Source: Candidatus Hydrogenedentes bacterium UBA2224
GTDB lineage: Bacteria > Hydrogenedentota > Hydrogenedentia > Hydrogenedentales > SLHB01
Length of the DNA: 64,000 bases
Direction: 5' to 3'
NCBI GenBank assembly: GCA_002348185.1
Contig: DDYW01000058.1
Coordinates: 5,814 to 69,813, forward strand
Shown: positions 54,859-64,000 of the stretch, piece by piece
Position numbering within the stretch: the first letter of the stretch is position 1
How the letters are laid out: the number at the start of each line of letters is the position of its first letter
The notes under the pieces: model-generated
What the model was told of the DNA's origin: nothing
Seen by the model: the letters and a program-made list of their open reading frames with translations, nothing else
Database searches by the model: none
Made by a program: the position numbers and the translations under genes

Positions 54859-55213
54859 GGATGTCTTGGAGATTTCCTCGTCCGCGTTCCTCGCCGGGCA
54901 TTCTCATATTTCGTCGCCGACACGCGGCCCGGGATCGTCAGGCGCACGCCCGGCATGCCTCCTGAGTCCTCTTTCTCGGGCCGCCCCTTCAGGGCTCTTG
55001 CCTGTAGGAACCGTGGTTCCCAGGGCGCCGCCCTGGGCTATTCTCGGTCGCCCCTTCGGGGCTGCCAAATACCCGGGACTGACCCAACGGTTCGCATCAT
55101 AGACTGGGCTCTGTCCCGACGGATTTCCCCCAAAACCTGTAAATCCTGTCTCGAAAATTTCCTCGTTTCCGTTCCTCACCGGGCATTTTTTCATCGTCTA
55201 CGGGTGAGCCGAC
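54859..55213. repeat. Composite intergenic element: two ~60-bp direct repeats bracketing four hairpins
   Basis: Copy A (54859-54922) and copy B (55141-55213) share ATTTCCTCGTYYSCGTTCCTCRCCGGGCATTYT...CGTC, about 80 percent identity by eye. Between them lie four hairpins: GCCC-cttca-GGGC (54982-54994), GGAACC..GGTTCC (55008-55021), CCCAGGGC-gcc-GCCCTGGG (55019-55037, same stem as 39558-39576) and GCCCC-ttc-GGGGC (55050-55062). Confidence 0.65.
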
Positions 55214-55217
55214 GGGT

Positions 55218-55967
55218 TCATGCTTCGGCGCCTTGAGCCAACAGCCATTGCACGACCTCGTTGGGTTCCGCGAGCCACACCCGGTCGCCACCGATTTCGC
55301 GTACGGTCGCGAAACGCCGCTCCAATTCCTGAGTCGTGCAGTCCTTGGCCGGATGTATGGGCGTGTCGGGCATCGGGCAATGGCAATAATCGATTATCCA
55401 CCCTTCCATATCGATGGCCTGGTGGATGCGTTTATAGGGATCGTAGACCGAGAAGAACGGCGCGGGATACTCGGTATGGAGCGGCACGCGGCCCAGATGG
55501 TAGAGATCGGTTTCCCGCGTGTTCACGCGGTCGTAAATGGTCATGATGGCCGTGTAACCGGCCTTCGGCGCGTAGGCGAGCGATGCAGGATGCCCCGTAT
55601 TGTCTCCCGGCACGCAGAACAGCGGCACGGTCATGCCGAGCGTCTCCTCGAGCACGCCCCGGGCCGCCACCACTTCGCGCTCGGCATTCTCGAACGTCAC
55701 GCCGCAATGGGTCAGGCTGTGACACGACACCCCCCAGCCTTCCTGGACCAGCCCGGCAATCTGCGCTTTGGACAGGATCATCATGCCGTGGTAGCTGCTC
55801 CCGGGAAGGTCCCGCGGCACGCCCACCTGGCTCGCCACCAGCGCAACGTGTCCGGGGACGCCGTAGGCGCGGTGGAGCGGAAGCGCGTACCGCAGCAGTT
55901 CCTCGCACCCTTCGTCGTAGGTGATCGAATAGACCCACGTTTTGCCGTCTTTCCAGGGCATGCTCAT
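55218..55967 (-). CDS. Polysaccharide deacetylase-like (CE4/NodB-fold) protein
   Basis: 249 aa. WVYSITYDEGCEELL, GWGVSCHSLTHCG and LFCVPGDNTG resemble NodB-type de-N-acetylases. 4-nt overlap with the upstream C-N hydrolase gene. Confidence 0.65.
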   Translation of the reverse strand: MSMPWKDGKTWVYSITYDEGCEELLRYALPLHRAYGVPGHVALVASQVGVPRDLPGSSYHGMMILSKAQIAGLVQEGWGVSCHSLTHCGVTFENAEREVVAARGVLEETLGMTVPLFCVPGDNTGHPASLAYAPKAGYTAIMTIYDRVNTRETDLYHLGRVPLHTEYPAPFFSVYDPYKRIHQAIDMEGWIIDYCHCPMPDTPIHPAKDCTTQELERRFATVREIGGDRVWLAEPNEVVQWLLAQGAEA

Positions 55968-56809
55968 TCTTCCTTGGGCTGCACAAGTTCGCCGTACAAA
56001 TCCGGACGGCGGATCGTATCATACATAGTGCGCATATTGCCGCCGTACCCTTCGCCCCAGAACGCCATCCGCCATTTCGGGTCGAATTCGGCGATGGCCA
56101 CGCCGCTGCGGTGGCCCGTGGACACGATGACGCGGCCGTCGGGCCCGATGACCTTGGCATAGCCCATGTTTTTGCCGGCCAGAAACGGCTGGGTGATGTA
56201 GCGCGACAGGGCAAGGTAGTAGCCGCTGTCGATGGCGCGGGCTTTTTCAAGCGATTCCAGCATGTCGCCGGTGTAGTCGAGATACATGGTGGGCAGACAG
56301 ACGAGATCGGCCCCTTTCAGCCCGTAGATGCGGAACATCTCCGGGAAATGGATGTCCATGCAGATCGCCATGCCGAGCCTGACGCCCTCGAAATCAAAGA
56401 CCGGGAAGGGGTCGCCGGGACGCACGGGCTCCGTCAGAATGGCCTCCTCGGTGGGCGCGGGATGCTTCTTCCGGTAGAGGCCCCGCAGCTCGCCGGAACG
56501 GTCCAGCAGAAACGCCGTATTGGCATAGCGCTCGCCCACTCTCACCGAGAGGGTCGCGATGAGCCCGACGCCGCACGCCGCCGCCACGTGGCGAAACGCG
56601 ACGAAAAACGGATGCTCTTCCAGAGGATACTCGCCGGGACCGCCGCCGGCGATGATGTCGGGTTCCTCGGGCAGAAGGATCAGGCCGGCCCCCCGCTCCG
56701 CCGCCTCCCGCACGGCCGCGAGACAATTGGCGAGCACGGGGCTTTCTGTCCCCGGCACGGGTTCCGGCCGGTCAATGGCACATACCGCGAGCCGAAACAG
56801 CGTTGGCAT
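55964..56809 (-). CDS. Carbon-nitrogen hydrolase (nitrilase superfamily)
   Basis: Track ORF to 56854; start ATG 56809 (MPTLFRLAVCAI). LILLPEE (Glu), YRKKHP (Lys) and GMAICMD (Cys) form the E-K-C triad pattern. Confidence 0.75.
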   Translation of the reverse strand: MPTLFRLAVCAIDRPEPVPGTESPVLANCLAAVREAAERGAGLILLPEEPDIIAGGGPGEYPLEEHPFFVAFRHVAAACGVGLIATLSVRVGERYANTAFLLDRSGELRGLYRKKHPAPTEEAILTEPVRPGDPFPVFDFEGVRLGMAICMDIHFPEMFRIYGLKGADLVCLPTMYLDYTGDMLESLEKARAIDSGYYLALSRYITQPFLAGKNMGYAKVIGPDGRVIVSTGHRSGVAIAEFDPKWRMAFWGEGYGGNMRTMYDTIRRPDLYGELVQPKEE

Positions 56810-56811
56810 GG

Positions 56812-57855
56812 TCAGGTCCTTTCCAGCGGCGCGCTTCCATTCGCGCCGCGACAATCCTCGTACGCAGCCACCCCGGAAAGCAACTCAGCCGTGTCGAACG
56901 GCGGCCGGGCCAGAAAGGCTGCCCGCTCCCCGTCCGGCACTTTGAAGGCCCCCATGATGCGGGTGTGGCACCAGCTCAGCACGAGCTGCGCGGGCAATGC
57001 GTCCGACTCGCCGGCCGTAAGCGGATGCGAGCACGCCCCATACGCGTCGAGAAAGGCGTGGCATACGGTCCGGTCCAGGCGGGGCGGCTGGGTCAGCGAC
57101 CAGATATCGGCCCCGTCGATCGGGTGTTCGTGGGCGGCGCAACAAAACAGCAGGGCAAAACCCAGGTCGTAGATGCGCGGCCGCCACGCGCACCAGTCGA
57201 GATCGACAAACGCCGCCACGCGCCCGTCGCGCATCAGAATGTTCGCGGGCTGGACATCGCCGTGGACGATGGTCGATGGCAGCGTCGCAAACGGCTCGCC
57301 CGGCAACGCCGATTCGGCCCAATCGAGCCACGCGAGATACGGGGCGGCGGCGCGGGCGCATTCCCGGGAGGCGTCCGCCAGTGCCCGCGCCGCGGCACGC
57401 ATCTGGACGGGATCGGTCTCCCCGCGCGGCGCCAGCTTGGGCAGGCGCCCGCTGAACGATTCGCCGGAGTGGTGAAGCCGGGCCAAGGCCTCCGCGAGCG
57501 CGGCCACGTCCGCGGGCTCCCCTTCGCGCAACTGGACCCCTTCCACGAACGTCTGGACTTCCCAGACGTCTTCCCCGTCGCTCCAGGCCGTTTCGCCCGA
57601 GGGCAGCGCCGTGGGGCAGACGCACGCGACGCCCCGTTGCGCGAGATGCGCCGCGACGGCATGGTCGAACCGGATTTGTTCGCCGGAGGCGTACCCGCGG
57701 TACCGCTTCCTGACCAGCCAGGACCCGGATGCCGTGTCGACGCGGAAATTGCGGTTCCGGGTACCGCCCAGTGACGCGGCTGAAATCACCTGCCCGAAGC
57801 CATACGCCCTGGCGAGGGCCTCGATGGTCTGCGACTGCTCCGCGGCGATGTGCAT
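56812..57855 (-). CDS. APH-fold phosphotransferase (homoserine-kinase-II / anomeric sugar kinase-like)
   Basis: 347 aa. Brenner motif IVHGDVQPANILM and FVDLDW. Its stop is 2 nt before the hydrolase start. Confidence 0.75.
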   Translation of the reverse strand: MHIAAEQSQTIEALARAYGFGQVISAASLGGTRNRNFRVDTASGSWLVRKRYRGYASGEQIRFDHAVAAHLAQRGVACVCPTALPSGETAWSDGEDVWEVQTFVEGVQLREGEPADVAALAEALARLHHSGESFSGRLPKLAPRGETDPVQMRAAARALADASRECARAAAPYLAWLDWAESALPGEPFATLPSTIVHGDVQPANILMRDGRVAAFVDLDWCAWRPRIYDLGFALLFCCAAHEHPIDGADIWSLTQPPRLDRTVCHAFLDAYGACSHPLTAGESDALPAQLVLSWCHTRIMGAFKVPDGERAAFLARPPFDTAELLSGVAAYEDCRGANGSAPLERT

Positions 57856-57862
57856 GGACGTT

Positions 57863-59215
57863 TTACCGGGTTTCGTTGTGTTCCGCGTTGTATTCGTCGA
57901 GGATCTTCTGGAGGATCGGCTGCAATTCCGCGAGGGCTTCGGCGGCCGTGATGCGCCGGCCTTCGGTGCCGACGTGGTACCGCTCCAGTACGGGTTCGAA
58001 CTCGATCCCGATGCGTTTCAGCCAGGGATGCGGGTAGATGGGCACCGCAAACGCCAGAGAATCGGTGAAAGACCGCATGTTTGCCGGCCGCCGCCCCGAA
58101 TGCAGGTATTCGTCCGACAGGGCGACCTCCACGCGGCCCGGCACGATATGTCCGTTCAACGCTGCCCAGCGCACCGTCTCGTGGCCCGCGCACCAGCGCG
58201 CGAAATCCCAGGCCGCGTCCGGTGCGTCCGTGTCCCACAAGATCGAGAATTCTTCCTCCCAGAGTCCGGTAGCCTGGTAGCGCTGTCCCTCGAACTCAAA
58301 TGCGGGGAACCGCACGACATCCCAGTCGAACTGGACTTTGCGGAACGACTCGATGGCGTACCCGGACGCGGCATGCATGGCCACCCGGCCGGCCTCGAAC
58401 ATGGGCAGCATACCGAGTTCCTGCGAGGTGGTGGGCGTGGGCATCACCTTGTCCTCGTAGATCAGCGCCTGATAGCGGTCGAGCAGTGCGCGGGACACCG
58501 GGGAGTCCACGCGGGCAGACCGCCACTCGGGATCGGCGATCTGGCCGTCATACAGCAGGAACGGAACCAGGTACACCTGTCCCAGTTGCAGGCCGTACTG
58601 ATCAATCGCGCCATCGCCGTCAAAATCGCGGGTGAGGGCGCGGGCCATGCGTTGCATGTCGTCCCAGGTCCAGTCGTCGGCCGGATACTCGAGCCCCGCC
58701 TCGTCAAACAGGTCCTTGTTGTAATAAATGACGCCCACCTGGCCGCTTGACGGCAGGGCCAGCAGTTTGCCGCGCCAGTGAACCGATTCCCACAGACGGG
58801 GGAAATAGTTCTCGGCGTGCACTTCGGGCTCGGTGGCTACACGCTCGTCCAGCGGAAGAAACGCGTCCGCAAACTGCTGCCAGCCGACGCCCATCCAGAC
58901 GACGTCGGGCGTGGTCCCTCCCGCGATCATGACCTGCAGTTTGCGGTAGGGATCGGGCGTAAGAATCAGATTCACGTAGACCTCGGGGTGCTCCTCCATA
59001 TACCGCTGAGCGAGGTATTCTCCATAGCGGACCTTCTGGGGCGTGTACGTGGGCCAGAGGAAATCGAGCGTGATCGCGCGGCCCGGCGCCTCGCTGCGGG
59101 TGGTACGCCAGACCTGGTAGCCCGACAGCACGAAGCCCGCCCCCAGGAGAGCGTACAGCAGCACGGGGCCCATCGCCGCGGCGGCGCGCCGGACTCTTTC
59201 GAAGCGCGCGGTCAC
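57863..59215 (-). CDS. ABC transporter substrate-binding protein (family 1)
   Basis: Track ORF to 60160 is over-extended. I place the start at GTG 59215, in a GTGA overlap with the permease stop, giving (M)[34 protein letters not shown] 59173 is the alternative. [27 protein letters not shown] is typical SBP_bac_1. Confidence 0.8.
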   Translation of the reverse strand: MTARFERVRRAAAAMGPVLLYALLGAGFVLSGYQVWRTTRSEAPGRAITLDFLWPTYTPQKVRYGEYLAQRYMEEHPEVYVNLILTPDPYRKLQVMIAGGTTPDVVWMGVGWQQFADAFLPLDERVATEPEVHAENYFPRLWESVHWRGKLLALPSSGQVGVIYYNKDLFDEAGLEYPADDWTWDDMQRMARALTRDFDGDGAIDQYGLQLGQVYLVPFLLYDGQIADPEWRSARVDSPVSRALLDRYQALIYEDKVMPTPTTSQELGMLPMFEAGRVAMHAASGYAIESFRKVQFDWDVVRFPAFEFEGQRYQATGLWEEEFSILWDTDAPDAAWDFARWCAGHETVRWAALNGHIVPGRVEVALSDEYLHSGRRPANMRSFTDSLAFAVPIYPHPWLKRIGIEFEPVLERYHVGTEGRRITAAEALAELQPILQKILDEYNAEHNETR

Positions 59216-60327
59216 GCCTTCAGCCCCGACATGACGACGCCGCGCACGAAGAAGCGCTGCCCGGCAAAGAACAGCACAATGCACGGGAGCGATACGGCCA
59301 ACGTGGCGGCCATCAGGTAGTGCCATTGCGTGGTGTACGCGCCCTTGAACGTGTACAGGCCCAGGGCGAGCGTGAATTTCTCGCTGGTGTTCAGATAGAT
59401 AAGCGGTCCCATGAAATCGAGCCAGTATTGCGTGAAACAGAAGATCCCCACCGTGGCCATCACCGGCCGTGACAACGGCAGCAGCACGCGCCAGTATGTG
59501 CCCAGAGCGCTGCACCCGTCTATCTGCGCCGCGTCGTCGAGATCGAACGGCAGCGTCATGTAGTACTGGCGGAACAGGAACACGGCAAACGCGTTCACCG
59601 AGAACCACGCGGGCGCAAACAGCGGCAGCAGCGTGTCGATCCAGTGCAGTTCGCGGAAAAGCAGGTAGACCGGGATCATCGTCACCACGGACGGCAGCAT
59701 CATGGATGAGAGCAGGACGAGAAACAGCACGTTGTTCCCCGGAAACCGGAACCGGGCGAATCCGTACGCCACCAGCGAGCACGACAGGAGCGTCCCCGCC
59801 GTGCCAAGGAAGGTGATGGCCAGCGTGTTGGCCAGGCAGACCCAGAACCGCATTTTTTCGAGCGCTTCCCGGTAATTCCCCCATTCCGGCGCCAGCCGGC
59901 GCCGCACCGAGCCGAACGGCGCCCACCGGGCCTCGGCCGTCTCGTCTTCCCCCGTCAGCGGGCGTATCCGCCACGCCTCGATCTCGGCCTCGAAGGACCC
60001 CTCCGGCACGTAGACCGTCGTGGGACGGCGCCGCGACGCCAGGCTCTTGATGCCCACCTCGACGGATTCGCGGCCGTCCCTGGGCGCCACGCGCGCGCCA
60101 AGCACGATCACGTCCATGGTCGCGTTGTCCTTTGTCCAGGCATCGCGCCACGGCAGCCATTCGATGCCGCGCGACAGGCCGATTCCGCTCTGTTTGAGTG
60201 ACGTGGAAACCATCCAGGCCAGGGGAAGCAGCATGACGACCGTGGCCGCGATCAGAAGGGCGTGCGTAACCAGCGGCGCCACCAGACGCCGCAGCGCTCG
60301 TCCGCGTTTTCTGGCGCGTCCCTTCAC
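59212..60327 (-). CDS. ABC sugar permease (MalG-like) with ~125-aa periplasmic insert
   Basis: Track ORF to 60825 is over-extended. Start GTG 60327, in a GTGA overlap with the upstream permease stop (VKGRARKRGRALRRLV...). EAA motif DAAQIDGCSALGTYWRVLLPLSRP. Long hydrophilic loop between TM1 and TM2. Confidence 0.8.
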   Translation of the reverse strand: MKGRARKRGRALRRLVAPLVTHALLIAATVVMLLPLAWMVSTSLKQSGIGLSRGIEWLPWRDAWTKDNATMDVIVLGARVAPRDGRESVEVGIKSLASRRRPTTVYVPEGSFEAEIEAWRIRPLTGEDETAEARWAPFGSVRRRLAPEWGNYREALEKMRFWVCLANTLAITFLGTAGTLLSCSLVAYGFARFRFPGNNVLFLVLLSSMMLPSVVTMIPVYLLFRELHWIDTLLPLFAPAWFSVNAFAVFLFRQYYMTLPFDLDDAAQIDGCSALGTYWRVLLPLSRPVMATVGIFCFTQYWLDFMGPLIYLNTSEKFTLALGLYTFKGAYTTQWHYLMAATLAVSLPCIVLFFAGQRFFVRGVVMSGLKA

Positions 60328-61331
60328 CGGCGTTGCGCCTCGTAGAAGACCCACAATGACGAACTCCGCACCACGAGAAGCGTCAGCGACAGAATGATCA
60401 CGAACAGAAACCAGGCCAGCGCCGAGGCATAGCCCATCCGGAAAAACTCGAACGCATTCCGGTAGGTATTGAGGACATAAAAGCAGGTGCTGTTGTTGGG
60501 ACCTCCTGCCGTCATGATGAGGCCCTGCGTGAAAACCTGAAACGACCCGATCACGCCCATCACGAGGTTGAAAAAGATCGTGGGCGATAACAGCGGGATG
60601 GTGATGCGCCAGAATTGGGTCCAGCGTCCCGCGCCGTCGATCTCGGCCGCTTCGTAGTAGGTCTTGGGAATGGCCTGAAGCCCCGCCAGATTGATGATCA
60701 TCGAACCACCCAGCGTCCAGCAACTCATGAGGATAAGCGAATTGAGCGCGCCGCGCTCGCTCGAGATCCAGCCCGGCAGCAGGCTGTCCGCATCGGCTTT
60801 TCCAAACACCGCCTGGAGCGGCCACGCCAGCAGATGCGCCATCGCGCTGTCCTGCCCCAGAAAATCAAAGACTTTGGCCAGCCCGATGTTGATCAGGCCC
60901 TGGCTCGGACTGAACAGCCACAGCCACAACAGCGAGATGGCGACGCCGCCCAGGACCATCGGCAGATAGAACGCGGTGCGGTAGAGCGCGATGCCGCGCA
61001 CGTGGCGGTTCAGCAGCAGCGCCAGCGCCAGTCCCCCGGAGAGTTGAAGCGGAATGCTGATGAGCGAATACCTGAGCGTGACCGACAGCGATTTCCAGAA
61101 CAGCGGGTCCCCGGAAAACATCCGCGCGTAGTTCGACAAACCCACCCATTCGAGCGTGCCGCGCACAGCCGACGGGTCATAGCGGCAGAAGCTCAGGACG
61201 GCGGACGCCATCATGGGCCCAAGCGTGAAGAGCAGAAACCCCGCTGCCCAGGGCGCGATGAACAGATAGCCGGACGCGGCTTCCCGAACACGCTTCCTGC
61301 TCAGACGCCTGTATGCATTGGGTTCACGCAC
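60324..61331 (-). CDS. ABC sugar permease (MalF/UgpA-like)
   Basis: 335 aa, six TM, EAAEIDGAGRWTQFWRITIPLL. Confidence 0.85.
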   Translation of the reverse strand: MREPNAYRRLSRKRVREAASGYLFIAPWAAGFLLFTLGPMMASAVLSFCRYDPSAVRGTLEWVGLSNYARMFSGDPLFWKSLSVTLRYSLISIPLQLSGGLALALLLNRHVRGIALYRTAFYLPMVLGGVAISLLWLWLFSPSQGLINIGLAKVFDFLGQDSAMAHLLAWPLQAVFGKADADSLLPGWISSERGALNSLILMSCWTLGGSMIINLAGLQAIPKTYYEAAEIDGAGRWTQFWRITIPLLSPTIFFNLVMGVIGSFQVFTQGLIMTAGGPNNSTCFYVLNTYRNAFEFFRMGYASALAWFLFVIILSLTLLVVRSSSLWVFYEAQRR

Positions 61332-61568
61332 CGTTGTGACTGCCCTCTCCCCTGACTGGCGGCACCATGCGAGGCCCGCCCATTATAGAAATGGACCAGC
61401 GGCCCGGCAACTCAAGCCCGGTACCCATGCGGGATTCGCTTGACTCCGCCGCCAGCCAACGCCATCATGAAGCCGGACAATCTGAACCGGCAAGTTCAGG
61501 ATGGGGTGCGGGGTTTTCGCCCCGCGGCGTCATGCCCAGATGCGCGGGCATGGAAAGGAGCGAGGGTC

Positions 61569-63902
61569 ATGTCCACAATACGTATCCGTCTTCTGTGCGT
61601 CTTCTGCGTCATGCTCGTGTCGGCAGCGTGGGCGGCCGGGGCCGCCCCGGAAGCCCCCCGCTATTGGAAACCCGTCGCCGACAACCCCTACCTCCAGGAG
61701 ATTGGCGCCAGGATTCCCGCCGAGCAGCCTGTCACGGCCCTCGCGGCCCTCGGCGAGACGGTCTATGCCGTCACCGGCGGAACCGCATACGTGGTGCGTG
61801 ACGGGGCCCTCGAAAAGGCCGCGGGCGCGCCTGAGGGTATCCACCGCTTGCGCGCACTGGACGGCGCCGTGTGGGCCGCCGCCGAAACGGGCGCCTACCG
61901 GTTCGCCGGCGACGCCTGGCAGCGCGTCGATGAACGCCCCTTCGTCGATTTCTGCCTCCACCTTGGCGTCGTCTACGGAGCCACCCGCGACGAGGTCTTC
62001 CGCTTTCAGGACGGGGCCTTCGTGAGCGCTACGCCGGAAGGCGGCTACCTTTCCAGCGATTCGACCGTGGTCATGGAGGATTTCTCGCAGGTGCTGGCAG
62101 ACCCGGTGCGCATCGGGCCGATCGACCGCATCGCGTCGTACAGCGGCACCCTCTATATCCTCCGTCCGGGCGGCCTCGCGCTGATTGATGTCGACACCTT
62201 CGTTCCCGAGCCCATTGACTGGGGGACGCTGCCCTCGAGAGTCACGCGGGACATGCTCGTCCAGGGCAGCCGGCTCTACATTACGACGGAACGCGGCCTC
62301 GCCGTTGTGCGCGGCATGGCGCTGACCGTTTTGAGCGGCGCGGACGGATTGCCCTATGAAGACACCACGTGTCTGGCCGAAGGCTTCGACGGCGACCTCT
62401 GGATCGGCACCACGCGCGGCGCGATCCGCAGGACCGGCAGCGAGTTTCACTATTTTGGCGCGGACCACTGGCTTCCGGGCGACTACGTGCGCGACATCGC
62501 CGTGGTTGGGCACGCCGCCTACATCGCCACGGATAAGGGGCTGGGCATCATTCGCTACGAGCCGTATACCCTCGCCAAGAAAGCCGCGTTCTTTGAGCGC
62601 GCGCTCGAGGAATGGGGGCACAAGCGCCTCGGGTTCGTCCATTCCCTCTATTGGAGCGGCGACCAGGACGGCTGGCTCCGCGAGATCAGCGACAACGACG
62701 GCGGCCACACGACCCATTACCTCGCCGCCATGTCGTTCAAGTACGCAGCCACGGGCGACGAGCAGGCCCGCAAGGAGGCCCTCGACGCCTTCGAAGCCAT
62801 GATCTGGCTCGACGACATCACCCCCAAACCCGGCTTCATCGCGCGCGCCATATGGTCCGTGCAGGCCGACAAAGGCAAACGGTCGGAGCGCGGGTCCGGC
62901 GGCCTTCCCGCGAAGTGGTACCCCACCGATGACGGGCTCTGGCAGTGGAAAGGAGACACGTCCAGCGATGAGGTCAACGGGCACATCTACTCGGTGGCCC
63001 TGTTTCACGACCTCGCCGCGCAGGGACCCGAGAAGGAACGCGCCAGGGAACATATCGCCCGCATCGCTTCGCACATCCTCGATAACGGCTGGGTATTGCG
63101 CGACATGGACGGCAAACCCACCCGATGGGGACGCTGGGACCCCGAATATTTGTTGACCCCGTACGGTTTTGAAGCGCGCGGCCTGAACGGCATGGAAGCG
63201 CAGACCTACATGATCACCGCCCACGCGCTGACCGGCGACGCCAAATTCGCCGAAGGCCTCGAGCAACTGCTCCAATGGCGCTACCACAAGTATACGGTTC
63301 GCCAGAAACTCACCTTCCCGCCGGATGTGGTTGTGCCCTGGGACGACGAGCTCGCGTTCCGCTGCTACCACCCCCTGCTCACGTACGCCCAGGACCCCGC
63401 CCTGCGCTCGATTTACCTGCGCAGCCTCGAACGCAGTTGGGAAGTGATGCGCATGCAGCACGTGCCGTTCTTCAATTACATCTACGGCGCCCTTTCAGGC
63501 AACGATTGTGAGGAAGAGCAGGCCGCGCAGCACCTGCGCGAATGGTCGCTCGACACGATCAACCACAGCTACACGAATTCCCACCGGAGCGATCTCCATC
63601 CTCAACCCGGCTACGTCGCGTATTGCGGCGGCACGCGGGCCATCTCTCCCCGCGAAACCGAGGCCAAAGGAGGCAGCCGCAACGCGCTGGGATACGACGG
63701 GCGCGGCGGCGGGCGAAGCGTCACCCCGCCGCTCGGCTGGCTCGAGGATTACTGGATGGGCCGTTATTACGGGTTTATCGCGGCTCCCACAGTTACCGAC
63801 CCGGACTTGGTGACCGTGGATACCGGCCCCATCCGCCAGCTGGGCGCCGCGCCATATGACGGGCCGCCCCGCCCGGCGGGGCTCATCCCCGGCAGACCCT
63901 AG
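61569..63902 (+). CDS. Exported protein: N-terminal beta-propeller-like repeats plus C-terminal alpha-helical (toroid-like) domain
   Basis: Track ORF from 61440; start ATG 61569 (MSTIRIRLLCVFCVMLVSAAWAAGAAP) after AAAGGAG. Propeller-type repeats (GLPYEDTTCLAEGFDGDLWIGTTRGAIRR). The C-terminal 450 aa are rich in W/Y helices. Function unknown. Confidence 0.65.
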   Translation: MSTIRIRLLCVFCVMLVSAAWAAGAAPEAPRYWKPVADNPYLQEIGARIPAEQPVTALAALGETVYAVTGGTAYVVRDGALEKAAGAPEGIHRLRALDGAVWAAAETGAYRFAGDAWQRVDERPFVDFCLHLGVVYGATRDEVFRFQDGAFVSATPEGGYLSSDSTVVMEDFSQVLADPVRIGPIDRIASYSGTLYILRPGGLALIDVDTFVPEPIDWGTLPSRVTRDMLVQGSRLYITTERGLAVVRGMALTVLSGADGLPYEDTTCLAEGFDGDLWIGTTRGAIRRTGSEFHYFGADHWLPGDYVRDIAVVGHAAYIATDKGLGIIRYEPYTLAKKAAFFERALEEWGHKRLGFVHSLYWSGDQDGWLREISDNDGGHTTHYLAAMSFKYAATGDEQARKEALDAFEAMIWLDDITPKPGFIARAIWSVQADKGKRSERGSGGLPAKWYPTDDGLWQWKGDTSSDEVNGHIYSVALFHDLAAQGPEKERAREHIARIASHILDNGWVLRDMDGKPTRWGRWDPEYLLTPYGFEARGLNGMEAQTYMITAHALTGDAKFAEGLEQLLQWRYHKYTVRQKLTFPPDVVVPWDDELAFRCYHPLLTYAQDPALRSIYLRSLERSWEVMRMQHVPFFNYIYGALSGNDCEEEQAAQHLREWSLDTINHSYTNSHRSDLHPQPGYVAYCGGTRAISPRETEAKGGSRNALGYDGRGGGRSVTPPLGWLEDYWMGRYYGFIAAPTVTDPDLVTVDTGPIRQLGAAPYDGPPRPAGLIPGRP

Positions 63903-63908
63903 GCGCGT

Positions 63909-64000
63909 ATCCGCAGCCGCGGATCGGCAGCAGCCCCAGGCCAACCCCGAATGGGGGGTGAACAGACGGGGGCCAGGGGTGTTCAACCCCAATAGGGGTT
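63909..64000. repeat. GC-rich hairpins of the dispersed family (truncated by window end)
   Basis: ATCCGC-agcc-GCGGAT (63909-63924), CCCC-gaat-GGGG (63945-63956), AACCCC-aata-GGGGTT (63985-64000). Confidence 0.6.

Noticed and set aside
1-64000. Mobile elements, prophage, or defence islands (restriction-modification, toxin-antitoxin, retron, CBASS-like systems).
   Set aside because: No integrase, transposase, reverse transcriptase, nuclease/ATPase defence signatures, phage structural motifs or tRNA attachment sites were recognised. GC content and codon style look uniform across the window.

Overview
The window is a gene-dense, GC-rich chromosomal segment. GC looks like the mid-60s percent by eye; I did not compute it. 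It appears to come from a flagellated diderm bacterium. I support about 50 protein-coding genes. I see no rRNA, tRNA, CRISPR array, transposase or integrase, and no recognisable defence genes.

Gene blocks, left to right:
- A truncated lipoprotein gene that is missing from the ORF track.
- A crcB-DUF190 fluoride module.
- A minus-strand flagellar basal-body operon (flgF-G-A-H-I, a rod-binding-only flgJ, a flgN-like gene, flgL). It has a consensus sigma-54 promoter upstream and an internal sigma-28-like promoter.
- A DUF4015-type glycosidase, 5-formyl-THF cyclo-ligase, and miaA-mutL.
- An ATPase-less ABC sugar importer.
- A translationally coupled mtlD-E2-E3 (lpdA) operon with no E1, followed by a YfhO-like membrane protein.
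- pruA and several exported glycan-active proteins.
- An ECF sigma/anti-sigma pair with a SLOG (Mo-carrier-like) protein and a CGC bacilliredoxin, then melA.
- GDPD, an SSS transporter with a small downstream membrane ORF, and a CE4 deacetylase coupled to an M24 peptidase.
- A Ser/Thr kinase coupled to an ELWxxDGT-repeat protein.
- A second ATPase-less ABC importer, joined to a kinase / C-N hydrolase / deacetylase / DegT aminotransferase / oxidoreductase set and a Tat-signal fucose-isomerase-like protein.

The most unusual signal is non-coding:
- A family of 9-bp-phased RTGGAC repeats. One is a perfect 20-unit array open in all six frames at 20.0-20.2 kb. Two mini-arrays lie just upstream of mutL and the kinase gene.
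- Dense arrays of short GC-rich tri- to penta-loop hairpins fill nearly every long intergenic gap (19.8, 39.0-39.6, 50.8, 55.0 and 63.9 kb).

The many long ORFs antisense to real genes are GC-composition artefacts. Every functional call rests on motifs I recognised by eye; no database search was possible. The lineage guess (PVC/Planctomycetota-like or a candidate phylum) is inference only.
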